A stretch of DNA of 64,000 nt from Caulobacterales bacterium (GTDB lineage Bacteria; Pseudomonadota; Alphaproteobacteria; Caulobacterales; Caulobacteraceae), in contig JBBRQK010000011.1 of NCBI GenBank assembly GCA_038226475.1, positions 41,727-105,726 on the forward strand, in the 5' to 3' direction. Within the stretch, counting starts at the first letter, position 1; each line of letters opens with the position of its first letter. A model generated the notes under the pieces. The model ran no database searches, was not told where the DNA came from, and worked only from the letters and a program-made list of their open reading frames with translations. A program made the position numbers and the translations under genes. Below, piece after piece: positions 62,271-64,000 of this stretch.

Positions 62271-63767
62271 ATGAGCGGCATACTCTCCCTCACCACCTTC
62301 GCTCCTCTGCTGGGCGTGGCCGCGATCCTGGTTCTGCGGGCGCTCGGCGGGACGGAGAACCCGGCCGCCGTGCGCGCCGCCAAGGCCATCGCCCTGGCGA
62401 CCAGCCTGGCGACTTTCGCCCTGTCGATCCTGGTGGTGCTCCGCTTCGACACCCACCAGGCGGGGTTCCAGTTCACCGAGTCCTCGGCCTGGTTCGCGGG
62501 CCTGCGTTACGCCATGGGCGTGGACGGCGTCAGCGTGCTGTTCGTCCTCCTTACCGCCTTCCTGATGCCGTTGTGCATCGTCGCCAGCTGGCGATCGGTC
62601 ACCACCCGGGTGGTCGAATACATGATCGCCTTTCTGGTCCTGGAGACGCTGGTGATCGGCGTGTTCTGCGCTCTGGACCTGATCGTCTTCTACCTCTTCT
62701 TCGAGGGTCAGCTGATCCCGATGTTCCTGATCATCGGCATCTGGGGCGGCAAGAACCGGGTCTATGCCGCGTTCAAATTCTTTCTCTACACCCTGCTAGG
62801 CTCGGTGCTGATGCTGGCGGCGATCCTGGCCATGATCGGCATCGCCCACACCTCCAGCATCCCGGCTCTGCTGGCGTTCAAGTTCGCGCCGGCGGTGCAG
62901 ACTTGGTTGTGGCTGGCCTTCTTCGCCTCGTTCGCGGTCAAGATGCCGATGTGGCCCGTCCACACCTGGCTGCCCGACGCGCACGTGGAGGCGCCGACGG
63001 CCGGGTCGGTGATCCTGGCCGGCATTCTGCTGAAGATGGGCGGCTATGGGTTCATGCGGTTCTCGATCCCGATGTTCCCCAACGCCAGCTGGCAGTTCAC
63101 GCCGCTGATCTTCGCCCTGTCGGTTATCGCCATCGTCTATACCTCGCTGGTCGCGTTCCGTCAGACCGACATCAAAAAGCTGATCGCCTACTCCTCCGTG
63201 GCGCACATGGGCTTCGTGACGCTCGGCATCTTCTCGGGCAATCTGCAGGGCGAGCAGGGGGCGCTGTTCCAGATGCTCAGCCACGGGGTCGTCTCGGGCG
63301 CCCTCTTCCTGTGCGTCGGCGTGGTGTACGATCGCATGCACACCCGCGAGATCGCCTTCTATGGCGGGCTGGTGAACCGGATGCCGATCTATGCGGCGGT
63401 CTTTATGCTGTTCACCATGGGCAACGTCGGCCTTCCGGGGACCAGCGGCTTCGTGGGCGAGATCCTGACCCTGACCGGCGCCTATGGCGCCTCCACCTGG
63501 CCGGCGATCGTCGCCGCCACCGGGGTGATCCTCTCGGCGGTCTATGCCCTCAGCCTCTACCGGCGCGTGGTGTTCGGCGAGATCACCAATCCAGCGCTCG
63601 GCGCCATCGGCGATCTCGGCCGGCGCGAAACCCTGATCTTCGCCCCGCTGATCATCGCCACCCTGTGGCTGGGCCTGCAGCCGGGGCTGGTGTTCCACAT
63701 CACCGACGCCTCCACCCGGCATCTCGTCGACGCCTATCGCGCCGCGACGGGGAGGGGCGGGCCGTGA
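62271..63767 (+). CDS. nuoM: NADH-quinone oxidoreductase subunit M
   Basis: [48 protein letters not shown]. Confidence 0.98.
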   Translation: MSGILSLTTFAPLLGVAAILVLRALGGTENPAAVRAAKAIALATSLATFALSILVVLRFDTHQAGFQFTESSAWFAGLRYAMGVDGVSVLFVLLTAFLMPLCIVASWRSVTTRVVEYMIAFLVLETLVIGVFCALDLIVFYLFFEGQLIPMFLIIGIWGGKNRVYAAFKFFLYTLLGSVLMLAAILAMIGIAHTSSIPALLAFKFAPAVQTWLWLAFFASFAVKMPMWPVHTWLPDAHVEAPTAGSVILAGILLKMGGYGFMRFSIPMFPNASWQFTPLIFALSVIAIVYTSLVAFRQTDIKKLIAYSSVAHMGFVTLGIFSGNLQGEQGALFQMLSHGVVSGALFLCVGVVYDRMHTREIAFYGGLVNRMPIYAAVFMLFTMGNVGLPGTSGFVGEILTLTGAYGASTWPAIVAATGVILSAVYALSLYRRVVFGEITNPALGAIGDLGRRETLIFAPLIIATLWLGLQPGLVFHITDASTRHLVDAYRAATGRGGP

Positions 63768-64000
63768 GTCTGGATCCCGCCGTCCTGATCTCCTCGCCCG
63801 AGCTGATTCTTGCCGTTTCGGCCTTGGGTCTCCTGGTCTGGGGCGCCTTCGCGGGTCGCGGAGGGACCGTTTTCACCCTCGCCGCCATGACCGCCCTGGC
63901 CGTAGCCGCCGTGGCCGCCTGCCTGGGCAATCAGGGGAGCGCGTTCCACGGCGGCCTGATCGCCGACGCCGCCGCGGTGTTCGCCAAGGTGGTCATCTAC
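63764..64000 (+). CDS. nuoN: NADH-quinone oxidoreductase subunit N (3' truncated by the window)
   Basis: GTGA overlap with nuoM; hydrophobic N-terminus with PELIL; expected operon position. Confidence 0.85.
   Translation, partial: MSLDPAVLISSPELILAVSALGLLVWGAFAGRGGTVFTLAAMTALAVAAVAACLGNQGSAFHGGLIADAAAVFAKVVIY

Overview
High-GC alphaproteobacterial chromosome segment. Gene content and order point to Caulobacteraceae: cckA, cicA between clpP and clpX, a GAFTGA-less NtrC and a PEPxxWA-CTERM protein. It is mostly core genome: osmolyte ABC transporter-cckA-...-recA-alaS; ispDF and dusB-ntrBC-ntrYX-dat-hfq-hflX; mazG-ate; hemB, mmsB, hemA-glyA-nrdR-nusB-thiL-hppA; tRNA-Leu-tig-clpP-cicA-clpX-matB-lon-hup-tRNA-Val; a small accessory block up to tRNA-Asp; and the complex I operon nuoA-N (nuoN cut by the window end). 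I saw no CRISPR array, integrase, transposase or rRNA. The most notable observations are: (1) the nuo operon is split between nuoF and nuoG by a YtrA(GntR)-ABC-DUF2306 cassette with its own palindromic operator; (2) small translationally coupled ORFs sit inside nuo, namely a 56-aa two-helix membrane protein and a 72-aa lipoprotein; (3) CckA lacks its N-terminal membrane helices and is coupled to an osmolyte transporter; (4) an HPD-less J-domain-like membrane protein lies downstream of cckA; (5) collapsed gene relics and a possible CTG start for mazG. Comparisons with other organisms are from memory and were not run as searches.
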